Assembly: GCF_001194135.2 (NCBI RefSeq)
Contig: NC_068987.1
Location: forward strand, 105,427,216-105,463,803
Length of the DNA: 36,588 nucleotides
Direction of reading: 5' to 3'
DNA from: Octopus bimaculoides
Lineage: Eukaryota
This document shows positions 24,731-35,340 of this stretch, piece after piece. The position numbers and the translations under genes are program-made. A model generated the notes under the pieces. The model was not told the origin of the DNA and searched no databases. It was given only the letters and a program-made list of their open reading frames with translations. Each line of letters opens with the position of its first letter. Within the stretch, counting starts at the first letter, position 1.

Positions 24731-25364
24731 TATGGCGAATTATTTTATTAATTAGCAGTAGGAAATGGTGCCGTGTATCGCTGACATATTGGTTAAGAAA
24801 GAGAATTACGTGAATGCGTTTGATAGATTTAGTTTTAATGCATAGCCATATATTGTTGCTCGTGTTATTGTTGTTGTTTAAACTCAGGTCAGACGTGACG
24901 AAGCAGGTCTAGTGTCAACGACGTTCCAACCGTGCCAGTCTTGTCGTTTTCGTATTTTTGGGTACTACATTGTCCGATGTCTTTATTTGAATACAGTGGC
25001 TGGATGAGACCTGAGAGTATTTTGGCTGCTATTCTTGTTGATCAATCGGTCCCGTAGGGGCTCACTAACGTGTCTGAAACAGCTGGTGGACGTTTGAGTC
25101 AAACAAACTTAATATCAAAGACATTTCTCCCTTAATCAACAGGTATTTTGTGTTTTTGATATATAAGGAGCAATTTTGTTCAATGTATTCTTTTTTATGA
25201 CTGTGACTTGTGTATTGAAATTTAGTTATTTCTTGAAAATTGAGGGACCATGTAGAGGATCTCTTGAATGTAGTCCTAAGAACCATTACGGTTCAAGCTG
25301 TGCCAATGTCATCATTTTCGTATTTTAAGTTATATCATAGCCGTCGCTGCAAATATTTCCATAG

Positions 25365-25530
25365 GCCTTGCTATGTGGTTAAGAAACTCACTTTGCGACC
25401 GCACGGTTTCGAGTTCAGGTCGTAGTAGTCAAGTGTCTTCTATTACAGCCCCGGGCCGACCAATGCCTTGTGAGTGAATTTACTGAACAGAAACTATTTG
25501 GAAACCCGTCGTGTATACATACATACATAC
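25365..25530 (+). mobile_element. SINE family B, 5' part, divergent
   Basis: gctatgtggttaagaaactc...gagttcagg...caagtgtcttctattacagccccgggccgaccaatgccttgtgagtg. Confidence 0.7.
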
Positions 25531-26159
25531 AGGCATGCATACATGGTGGTTGTCTTCTTCTTAAACAGAGTTTGACCACCTCCTGCACCTACACCTTAGC
25601 CCTTTCATGGCGTCTGATGTGGCTTTTTAAACCAGTGCTTTGAAAAAACACCCACACAGATTGCACCTCTGATTTGCACTACCAATACCTGCAAGTAAGT
25701 TCTGCTCATTGTGGATCCTAACATGTCTTTTAAGACCCNNNNNNNNNNNNNNNNNNNNNNNNNNNNNNNNNNNNNNNNNNNNNNNNNNNNNNNNNNNNNN
25801 NNNNNNNNNNNNNNNNNNNNNNNNNNNNNNNNNNNNNNNNNNNNNNNNNNNNNNNNNNNNNNNNNNNNNNNNNNNNNNNNNNNNNNNNNNNNNNNNNNNN
25901 NNNNNNNNNNNNNNNNNNNNNNNNNNNNNNNNNNNNNNNNNNNNNNNNNNNNNNNNNNNNNNNNNNNNNNNNNNNNNNNNNNNNNNNNNNNNNNNNNNNN
26001 NNNNNNNNNNNNNNNNNNNNNNNNNNNNNNNNNNNNNNNNNNNNNNNNNNNNNNNNNNNNNNNNNNNNNNNNNNNNNNNNNNNNNNNNNNNNNNNNNNNN
26101 NNNNNNNNNNNNNNNNNNNNNNNNNNTATATATACAATGTATATGTGTGTATGAGACTG

Positions 26160-26370
26160 GGGAAACCTATCGTATATATATGTGTTTGCGTGTGTATGTG
26201 TATGTCTTTGAGTCTGTGTATGTCTTTGTGTCTGTGTTTTTTCCTATCTTCGCTTGACAATCGGTATTGATTTGTTTACGTCCCTGTAACTTAGCGTGTC
26301 GGCAAAATGAACCGACAAAATACGTACTAGACTTTGAAAATCAATATGCACTGGGTCGAACAAGTAAAAA
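26160..26370 (+). mobile_element. SINE family B, 3' part, divergent
   Basis: cgcttgacaatcggtattga...tttacgtccctgtaacttagcg...ggcaaaa. Confidence 0.7.
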
Positions 26371-26404
26371 AAAAAAAAGAGATAAGTTATGACTTTTATA
26401 CATG

Positions 26405-26567
26405 AAGTCGCGTGACCTAGCAGTTAGGATTTTCAGCTCATTATCATAAAGTCAAGGATTCAAATTTTCATATCCTGGGCTAGGCAGTGCGTTGTGTCCT
26501 TGAGCAAGTCTCTTAATTTCACTTTGTACCAGTCTATTCAGCTGTAAATGAAGTACCGGCCCGGTAC
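26405..26567 (+). mobile_element. SINE family C, divergent
   Basis: gcgttgtgtccttgagcaagtctcttaatttcac...cagctgtaaatgaagtacc. Confidence 0.65.
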
Positions 26568-27381
26568 TGACGCAATTCTCTCTTGCCTTATCTTTTCAAC
26601 TTTCATATCCTGGATGTACCACTGGGAAAAGACAGAAGTGGGCAAGGGAGTGTTGAGATCTGATAGCGACAGAACAATCATCGAAAGCATTGTACATGTT
26701 ACCAAATCATACTCGCGCTCTCGCGAGTGACTGCTAGCAGTACTAGTTTATTGAAGACCCCTTCATAAGTATCTTAAATGCTTCTGCTTTTGTTTATCCT
26801 CACATCATTCCCGAGAAAACTTACAAAGGTCAAAAGTGTTCCAGCCGTGTGCATCCGTCTCTCTTTTGTATATCCATTGTATCCAGGACTAAATTGTCCC
26901 TTGGTTTCTTTCTATTCTAAGACATTAGAGCTACGATTCGAGATCGATTTAACTGCTGCTTCTAAATGGTCGAACGACTGCGCAGAGTTCCTTGCTGATT
27001 TGAGGGTAAAAGCTAGAGGGGATGGGGATTGAATTTGCAGCTTAAATGAAAATGAGCTGACATGACGTATATACCTTTCACAGGTATGTACGTATATTCA
27101 TGACACATATACCATTTTTCTTAATTTTTCTACGGAGAATAAGGATCATTACCTAATATTTCTACATTGTACCAGGTCTCTGATACTTCTCCTAGTGTAC
27201 AGGTATCATTTTTCTTCTACTTATAGAGATCGCTCCCTACTACCCTACTATTTCTACACTGCACAGGGGTAGTTTCGTAGTATTTCCGTATTGTATAGGG
27301 ATCATCGGCAAACATTCTTTGGTGCACCAAACCCCGTAATATTTCTTCAGTGTATAAAGATCTAATATTTCCATAGTATAT

Positions 27382-27578
27382 GGCGGCGAGCTGGCAGAAT
27401 CGTTGGCACGCCAGGCTAAATGATTAGCAGCATTTCTGAGTTCATATTCCACCAAAGTCGGTTTTGCTTTTCATCCTTTCAAGGTCGTTAAAATTAGTAC
27501 CATTTGAACTCTGGGTCGAAGAAATCGACTTATCCCTTCCCCCAAATTGCTGGCTTTGTGCCAAAATTTAAAACCAAT
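27382..27578 (+). mobile_element. SINE family A monomer, divergent
   Basis: ggcggcgagctggcagaatcgttggcacgcc...gacttatcccttccccaaattgctggctttgtgcc. Confidence 0.8.
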
Positions 27579-27827
27579 ACAGAAGTAGTTCCGTATATTT
27601 CGTACATTTCTACAGTGTTCTGCAGTGCACAGGATCGTCAGCAAATATTTCTTAGACGCACAGGGTTTTTTAAATATTTCTACAGTGTTCAGGAATCGTT
27701 CTTTTATACGTTTTTCTGTGTATAATGATCGTTTCCCAATATTTCTTCGTGCACAATGATCACCTGCTGTGTCTTCAATGTACAGAGCTCTCACCTTATA
27801 TCTTCAGAGTATAAAACTCTCTAAGTC

Positions 27828-28240
27828 GGCGAGCTGGCAGAGAGGTTAGCACGCTGGGCGAAATGCTTGGCTGTATTTCGTCTGTCTTTACGTTTTGAAT
27901 TCAAATTCCGCCGAGGTTGACTTTGCCTTTCATCCTTTCGGGGTCGATAAATTAAGTACCAGTTGCGTACTGGGGTCGATATAATCGACTTAATCCGTTT
28001 GTCTGTCCTTGTTTGTCCCCTCTGTGTAGCCCCTTGTGGGCAATACAGAAATAGGAAATGTTAGCACACCGGGCGAAATGCTTAGAGGTATTTCGTCTGT
28101 CTTTATGTTCTGAGTTCAAATTCCGCCGTAGTCGACTTTGCCTTTCATCCTTTCGGGGTCTATTAATTAAGTTTTGGGGTCGATCTAATCGACTGGTCAC
28201 CTACCCAAAAATTTCGGGCCTTTTGCCTAGAGTAGAAAAG
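27828..28240 (+). mobile_element. SINE family A dimer: headed monomer with tail 1 (27828-28054) plus headless monomer with tail 2 (28055-28240)
   Basis: The junction gggcaatacagaaatag|gaaatgttagcacacc is equivalent to the junctions at 2883 and 7751. Confidence 0.88.
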
Positions 28241-28739
28241 AGTATAATACTCTCTGTCGTTTCTTTATTTCTTCAATATAAGAGCTCTGATATTTCTTCA
28301 GTGTATAGAATTCCACTGGTATTTCGTCATTGCAAAGAACTCTCAAATGTTTCTCCAGAATACTGGGAAATCCATTTAATTATTATCATTAGTATCAAAA
28401 ATTGGATCTCCTTATTCATTTCTCTGATATTTCCTGATATGTAATACTCATTAATATCGACTCTCAACCGCTCTTCCCCAATTAATCGAGTTGCATTGTT
28501 TTGAATACTTATTCCTCTTTATATTTTGCACCCTTCTCTCTTCCCCTTCTCTTTCTTTCTAACTCTCACCCCTTCTCTCTCTCTCTCCTTATTCCCCTCT
28601 CGTTCTCCTTCTCTCTCTTTCTCCTTCCCTCTATATTCTGCATTTTCGACATTTTTTCTGGTACTATTTCTATATTCGACTTTTAAAGCATTTGTTCAGT
28701 CTGTCTGTCCGTCCGTCCATCTGTCTGTCTGTCCGTCCA

Positions 28740-28781
<42 letters not shown>

Positions 28782-29356
28782 NNNNNNNNNNNNNNNNNNN
28801 NNNNNNNNNNNNNNNNNNNNNNNNNNNNNNNNNNNNNNNNNNNNNNNNNNNNNNNCACACGCGCACACACACACACACACGCACACACACACACACACAC
28901 GCACTCGCCGCCCTCTCTTTCTCTTCCGCTCTACTTCTGCTCATGCCAGTTTTTCTCGCTTCTCAATTAAGCAAGATTTCTTCTGGTTCTTATACAACAC
29001 CTTCGCTGTTTCTAATAGCAAAAACAACTGATTCCTCATCTGAAGCAACGAAACGCCTCAGCATCAACCGTCATCACAAGCAGCAGCTGCATCATGAACA
29101 ATGACAACGAACACCATCATCATCATCGTCAACTACAACAACAACAACAGCAGCAGCAGCAGCAACAATAACAACAACGGCTATGTCGTGAAACACACAG
29201 CGCTAACAACAACAAGAAGACAGGAATTCATTTCGATATTTTATTTCAAAGATGAAAAGAAGCCGTAAAACATGCAAGGAGCAAAGTAACAAATCCCGGC
29301 GTGTGTGTGTGTGTGTGGGTATATGTGTGTGTGTGTATGCATATATGTGTATATGC

Positions 29357-29392
<36 letters not shown>

Positions 29393-30428
29393 NNNNNNNN
29401 NNNNNNNNNNNNNNNNNNNNNNNNNNNNNNNNNNNNNNNNNNNNNNNNNNNNNNNNNNNNNNNNNNNNNNNNNNNNNNNNNNNNNNNNNNNNNNNNNNNN
29501 NNNNNNNNNNNNNNNNNNNNNNNNNNNNNNNNNNNNNNNNNNNNNNNNNNNNNNNNNNNNNNNNNNNNNNNNNNNNNNNNNNNNNNNNNNNNNNNNNNNN
29601 NNNNNNNNNNNNNNNNNNNNNNNNNNNNNNNNNNNNNNNNNNNNNNNNNNNNNNNNNNNNNNNNNNNNNNNNNNNNNNNNNNNNNNNNNNNNNNNNNNNN
29701 NNNNNNNNNNNNNNNNNNNNNNNNNNNNNNNNNNNNNNNNNNNNNNNNNNNNNNNNNNNNNNNNNNNNNNNNNNNNNNNNNNNNNNNNNNNNNNNNNNNN
29801 NNNNNNNNNNNNNNNNNNNNNNNNNNNNNNNNNNNNNNNNNNNNNNNNNNNNNNNNNNNNNNNNNNNNNNNNNNNNNNNNNNNNNNNNNNNNNNNNNNNN
29901 NNNNNNNNNNNNNNNNNNNNNATACATATATATACATGCATACATATACATACACGCATAAACACACAAACACACATACCCACACACATTTTCCTGCTCA
30001 AGCACATGAATACATGAATTACATCAGTAAATAGTTTTAAACACTCCAAGGCTTACGTACATTTATATAGATGCACAAAATAATTATTCACATTCGCTTT
30101 TCCATTTACCATAAAAAGTATTGTAGCTCAAGCATACAGCTAACATACTCACACGCTTACATCCATATTATGTCACTAACTCTGATTACACGTCACACTA
30201 ACAAGAATACTTGAACATACCCACATTCAGGGACAAACGCACACAGATATTCACACGTTCAAGCAATCAGTTAGACTTAAGCATAAATTTCAAATGACTT
30301 TTCTTTCGCCATGAATGTGTCATATGCGTACAAGCTAATTACGCTCTGCCGTTAAAGGAATCTGTGAAATATCTTTCTGTATACAAATCTAGAATCACGT
30401 TTGTACAACATGCAGTATGATTTTGCCA

Positions 30429-31155
30429 CAGGCCGGTGCCAAATATTAGGGAAACTTCCCAATCGCCCAGGGCGCTCAAATCTGGGAGCATCACACGAAT
30501 TCTGAACAACTTAATCCAACCGACATGAGATTTCAATAATAAAGATAGCAGGGGAGATTAATCCCGGCATAGAAGAGGATGGAAGGCATGAAGATGTAAG
30601 GGTTATAGAGTGCTATGACCAGTGGCATGATTTGATGTGAAACACTCCTGTTGTGATATGCATGAACATAAAGTTGCAGGTGCCTTGCGTGCAAGTTAGT
30701 AATACATTTTTAGCTGGTATAAAGAGGGTGATGGCTTAAGACATTAAAAAAAAATTGCAAAAAGGTATTGGGAACAAAGGAGTGGGTAGTAGTCTTGGGA
30801 AAAGAGAAGCGTATGGTGGCGATAGGTGAAAGTAGCGCACAATGTAGGCTGGGAGAAGGGGATCATATAAAGCTGGAAGGAGAGGGAACACACTATGGGA
30901 CTGGTAGAAGATGGAGAGCATTGTAGGGATAGGAGAAGAGGAACACATTGTAAGGATGAAAGAAAATAGCGCGTAATGTAAGGCTGAGAGACGAGGAACG
31001 CTTATAGGGTTCTTATAGGGTGGGAAGAAAGGATAGCACAAAATAGTAAGTACGTTAATGAACTGAGAGAATGGGATGCACATTAAAGAGCTTGGCGAAG
31101 ATGATGCAACCTGGGTGTCTGGTCAAGGATACCGGGAGATATGGCAACGGCCCTG
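30429..31155. mobile_element. hAT (Tip100-like ends) non-autonomous element
   Basis: Ends caggccggtgcca and tggcaacggccctg. Flanking 8-mers ttttgcca and atatgcca match at 6/8 positions. Confidence 0.65.
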
Positions 31156-31370
31156 ATATGCCATGCAGGGTAACAGCTAGTTTACTATTTAGGTGAATTA
31201 GCACACGAGTACTTCATTATTCCGAGAAATACCAGCCCCGCATGAAAGTTCAAAAGAACAGAAATTCTGTCATACAAAATATCAAAGAGAAACAGTAAAA
31301 TCTACAAGAAATAAAATATACTTATGAAAAGTGTTGGGAAATAAATATGACTACTTGCTAATAATATTTT

Positions 31371-32057
31371 TTAAAAAGGAGAAAATAAGAAAAAGCCCCT
31401 ACTCACACCAGTGCCACAGTTACAACAGCCACCATCGCCGTAACCACCACCACCACCACCACCAAAAATTTCAGCTTTATCCTTCGACAATGGCAAGTCT
31501 CTAACTAAATCATTTAACTCTCCTTGAGAAAATTTCTGTTGTACGTCTTCATTTTCAATCGTGAAATCTGCATCCACTTCGGTGTCTTCCACAGCAGTAG
31601 TATTTTCGTCAGGAAATACATCTTCGTCAGACATCTGAAGGCCATTTTCTGGTGGTATTGGAATAGGAAGATCATCATCGTTGTGTGGTACTGGTCTTCT
31701 TGCTGATTCCAAGTTGGGAGACACAATCTTATGCTTGGTCTTTACAGTAAACCCACATACATTAACGCTGCAGAAATAACAGTCCATGAAATGATCCTTT
31801 GGCTTTCTCCATATCATAGGTATTGCAAACGGCATTGCTCTCTTCCCATTATTTAGCCAATCCCTTTGTCCATTTGAACAAGCTGAGCAGACGATGTGCA
31901 GGGCCCAACTCTTATCTTGATCCCCGAAAGAGCAGCCAAAGTATAACTGGTAGATCTTCTTGATTTCACTTGTGATGGCACGTTGCTGAGCTTTAATAGT
32001 AAATGAACCACAGACATGACAAAATATATCAGGACTGTTCTTGCAATGCCTTGACAT
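31371..32057 (-). CDS. Truncated transposase N-terminus with a Chapa-like Cys/His zinc-finger; DDE domain absent
   Basis: MSRHCKNSPDIFCHVCG...YFGCSFGDQDKSWALHIVCSAC...W...IPMIWRKPKDHFMDCYFC...SARRPVPH...FSQGELNDLVRDLPLSKDKAE, then reads through (GGT)n to a stop. The ATG is at 32057-32055. The family label is from recalled motifs. Confidence 0.7.
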   Translation of the reverse strand: MSRHCKNSPDIFCHVCGSFTIKAQQRAITSEIKKIYQLYFGCSFGDQDKSWALHIVCSACSNGQRDWLNNGKRAMPFAIPMIWRKPKDHFMDCYFCSVNVCGFTVKTKHKIVSPNLESARRPVPHNDDDLPIPIPPENGLQMSDEDVFPDENTTAVEDTEVDADFTIENEDVQQKFSQGELNDLVRDLPLSKDKAEIFGGGGGGGYGDGGCCNCGTGVSRGFFLFSPF

Positions 32058-32366
32058 CCTGAGTAGAATTTGATGATGATGATGACTTGGCACCTTAAAC
32101 AGAAAGTAAAATTTATGAAAAGAAAAGATTATGAAAACATAAAATTACAAAATGAATACAAATAGTTATAAAACAGAAGTCAGAATTTACCTGTATAAGA
32201 CGTTTACGTGTAGCTATACTGCTGATGGGAGTTATAAACCTCTCTTATCTCATCAGAAAAACTGTGCCTGATAGAAGGAAACCGATTACAGTTTTGAAAT
32301 CTGCGGACAAAACTACATATAAAACACCATATAATATCTCTGATGAAAATTGGCTGTTGACCAGTG
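31463..32366 (-). mobile_element. 5' fragment of a Chapaev3-like (CMC superfamily) DNA transposon
   Basis: The minus strand starts CACTGGTCAACA with a subterminal ctatcaggcacagttttt motif, followed by the transposase ORF. It ends at a (GGT)n tract and no 3' TIR was found. Confidence 0.65.
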
Positions 32367-32573
32367 GTATTTAATAATACGTTTTGCATTATTTAATGGC
32401 TGTGTTACCTTTTAAGAACATTTGTTTATTATCCAAATGAAAAGAATGTTAACAAACTTTCATGTAACTGTTAGCCAATTGCAGTGGTTTGCAACAATAC
32501 CTCAGCGATGAGGCGTCATTCTCGTGGCTGACAGCGCTTACGCAAAAATACGAATTTTACATCTTGTATAGTG

Positions 32574-32820
32574 AGTACGTGTGGCCTAGTGGTCAGAGTG
32601 TTGCACTCACGATCGCGAGATCGTGGTTTCGATTCCTAGACCGGGTGGTGTGTTGTGTTCTTGAGCAAAAAACTTCATCTCACGTTGCTCAGTGATCACT
32701 TCAACACCTGAAGTGTGTTACACCGTGCACCTGTTCAGGCAACATCGATTTGATGGAGAGAAAGTGAACTGATATACAGCACATATATTTGATCACTGTA
32801 AACAAATCATGGGAGTGTCC
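32574..32820 (+). mobile_element. SINE family C
   Basis: Box A-like tggcctagtgg, box B-like gtttcgattcc, then tgttgtgttcttgagcaaaaaacttcatctcacgttgctc. Confidence 0.75.
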
Positions 32821-32984
32821 AAAGATGGTAGAGTCCATCATGGTAATTATCTTGGTCAAATTACAAACTACTATGCAACTGATACGAAAGAAGAAAAAAC
32901 TAAGGCCAATACTCTCACAATGTAGTTTATTTATCATAAATTTCCCACAGAACTGAAACCCACGACTGGAATTTAGAAAAGGTG

Positions 32985-33560
32985 CTGCTACAGCATTAAA
33001 ATTATGCTAAATGCTGCAGCGCATAAGAAAAATCATGGTAAGAGGGTAGCTGTTCGGTAATATTTTGGAATGGTCTAAAGCTGAAGAGAAGACCCAGTTG
33101 GCTGTAATTCCAGATGACGTAACCAGTCAGCTACAGAGATTAGATTCAATCAATAAACCATTAAAAGAATTCATGCAGAAGTGACACCAACAGGAAGATG
33201 GAAGAGTCCTACTATTTCACGATATTTGTGAATGAGTACAAAGTTCATGGAATGCTGCACAAGAAGAGGTAATTGAGAACTTATTGATAAAAATGTGGAA
33301 TTAGTTATACTCTTGATAATATTGAGGATGATTGAAGTTAATTAGGAGATTGTCAGTTTAATTGGAGGTAAAGTTTGAAGAAGTCATTGATTATCCTGTT
33401 TCTGATTCAGAGAATTCTAGTGATTAAAAGAGTACTGGTCATATGAATGACGACAGCGGACATGAATTTTCAGGCTTTGACGATGCTAATTTACTTTCAG
33501 AAGATGGTTTTCTAGGTTTTTGTGGATGATGATTAAATAAACTTTTATGATACTTTCTTT
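32985..33560 (+). pseudogene. Internally deleted pogo-family transposase remnant (N-terminal DBD joined to DDE_1 C-terminus)
   Basis: Pieces KNHGKRVAVR, TQLAVIPDDVTSQLQRLDSINKPLK (cf. LAVIPGGLTSxLQPLDVSxNKPFK), TPTGRWKSP and CGISYTLDNIEDD (cf. KCGISNxLDGxEDD). Confidence 0.7.
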
Positions 33561-33654
33561 TACGATTATATTTACTGCTTGCTATGTACAGCAAACTGTG
33601 CTATTCTCTGAAGCACCAGTTTGTATTATGGGACCGTCAGATAATTCGTCGTTG

Positions 33655-33835
33655 CTGAATGAAACGAATCACAGACTGTTGAAGAGCAACTGAAAAAGAT
33701 AATCTAAATTCAGGGGAATACGGTGGGTTCAACAGAGTTTCCCAAACAAGTTTTCGAATAGCATTTTTGGTTAAATAGGCTGCGTGGAGGCGAACGATGT
33801 TTTGTTGAAGAGGATAACATTCCGGCGTCATATAC
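33655..33835 (-). pseudogene. Mariner DD34D catalytic-domain fragment
   Basis: LQQNIVRLHAAYLTKNAIRKLVWETLLNPPYSPEF, cf. LxHDNARPHxAxxTxxxLxxLGWExLPHPPYSPDL. Confidence 0.72.
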
Positions 33836-33908
33836 CTGAAAAGAGGTAAGATTTATTCAAATTTAAAAAGCGATAATAAACACAAGTTGTAGAAGAGGCA
33901 TAGAGCTT

Positions 33909-33980
<72 letters not shown>

Positions 33981-34584
33981 CACTAGGATAAAAATATTTC
34001 CCGTGTTAATTGAAATAACATTGGAAAGAAACGAAGGAATTTATCTGGCAACCCAAAAGAATGCTTGTTGTGTAATTTTGCTTTGTCTGCACGTATTACA
34101 ACGATCTAAAGCAATTCATTTACATTTATTGTTCTTTGGTGATTGTTTTATGCCAGTTTTTACCAATATATTTGCTTTTGTTTGCATGTAGCAGGATTCA
34201 TTGATACCAATCTATTTCTTTTTAGCTATGACAAACTTAATATTGTTTCCTTTAAAGGTCAGTGTAAAGTTACTTTGTACGATTTCACTCTGTATTCCAC
34301 TATACTGTCCCAATATTGTACTTACATAAACAAAAATCATCATATATTTTTCTCACAAAACCGTTTTAAAACATCTTTCAATAATTGCATTATGAGACAC
34401 TCTAAAATCGTTTTTTTTTCCGGAATATTATCCTTATAATGTAGGGGAGCGTTATATGCAGAAGTGCAACATATGCACCGATAAAATCAGACTATGTTTT
34501 GATACATAGATATATGTTCATCTATCTATCTATCTATCTATCTACCTGCCTGTCTGTCTATCTGTCTGTCAATCCATCTAAATA

Positions 34585-34640
34585 CGAGGCAGTGCTGAAA
34601 AGTTCCTGGCTTTGGGTAAAAGAAAATATAGAAGGATCAT
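34585..34640 (+). mobile_element. Mariner MITE left end (same family as 19631-19825)
   Basis: TA|cgaggcagtgctgaaaagttcctggctttgggtaaaagaaaatatagaaggatc. Confidence 0.75.
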
Positions 34641-35340
34641 ACAGTTCTATATTTAACAGATGAGGAATTGTGTGCATTATTTACATTATTTACATTCAAC
34701 GGATATTTGTCCTCATCTTGTTTCTTGTTGACACAACGTTTCGGCTGATATACTCTCCAGCTTTATTCAAGTGTCCTGGGGAAATTTCGAACCTAGGTTC
34801 TCATTCCTAAGGTATTTTTCGATGTTGTTGTTGTTGTTGTTATTATTATTATTATTATTATCATTATTATTANNNNNNNNNNNNNNNNNNNNNNNNNNNN
34901 NNNNNNNNNNNNNNNNNNNNNNNNNNNNNNNNNNNNNNNNNNNNNNNNNNNNNNNNNNNNNNNNNNNNNNNNNNNNNNNNNNNNNNNNNNNNNNNNNNNN
35001 NNNNNNNNNNNNNNNNNNNNNNNNNNNNNNNNNNNNNNNNNNNNNNNNNNNNNNNNNNNNNNNNNNNTCAAGGAGAATTTCCAAAAGGAAGTCACGCTTC
35101 AACGTGTAAGGTAACCTACGACAAACTCTGATGTCCATATTTTCTTGAATGCAAGCGTTCCTTAAAAACAAAAAAAAAAAAACTGCTTATAAACCTTGTA
35201 ACTCTTTCAGCTTTCTTTGTTCAGAAGAGTTGCATATGATATTATTTGCTAGAAGACGTCTCTTAAATACTAAGATAGAAACCGGATTTTCTTGTGTGCA
35301 GGCATCACAATGGATATTTAAGAACTATCATTAGGTTTAT
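34641..35340 (-). mobile_element. Penelope-like repeat with an (AAT)n tract and a degenerate hammerhead
   Basis: Carries the hammerhead motif at 34730-34775. Continuity across the N-gap is inferred. Confidence 0.5.
34730..34775 (-). ncRNA. Degenerate minimal type I hammerhead ribozyme motif
   Basis: Minus strand reads gacac TTGAATA a-agctg gagagtatat cagc-c GAAA CG TT gtgtc. Stem I has 5 bp, stem II 4 bp, and stem III is the palindrome AACGTT. The core differs from CTGANGA at two conserved positions. Confidence 0.6.

Larger units (their letters stand above)
27150..28440. repeat. Degenerate minisatellite (core about atatttctNcagtgtacag) interrupted by SINE-A insertions
   Basis: Recurrent variants include aatatttctacattgtacc, tatttctacactgcacagg, aatatttcttcagtgtata, catttctacagtgttc, aatatttctacagtgttcagg and gatatttcttcagtgtatag. 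Confidence 0.65.

Noticed and set aside
3989-30049. Numerous long ORFs rich in X, YI, CV, HT, ER or LS repeats
   Set aside because: These are translations of N-gaps and di-/tetranucleotide microsatellites.
971-32820. tRNA-like heads and regularly recurring repeats that might suggest tRNA genes or a CRISPR array
   Set aside because: The heads lack complete cloverleaf and acceptor stems and continue into SINE bodies. There is no constant repeat with unique equal-length spacers, and the DNA is eukaryotic.
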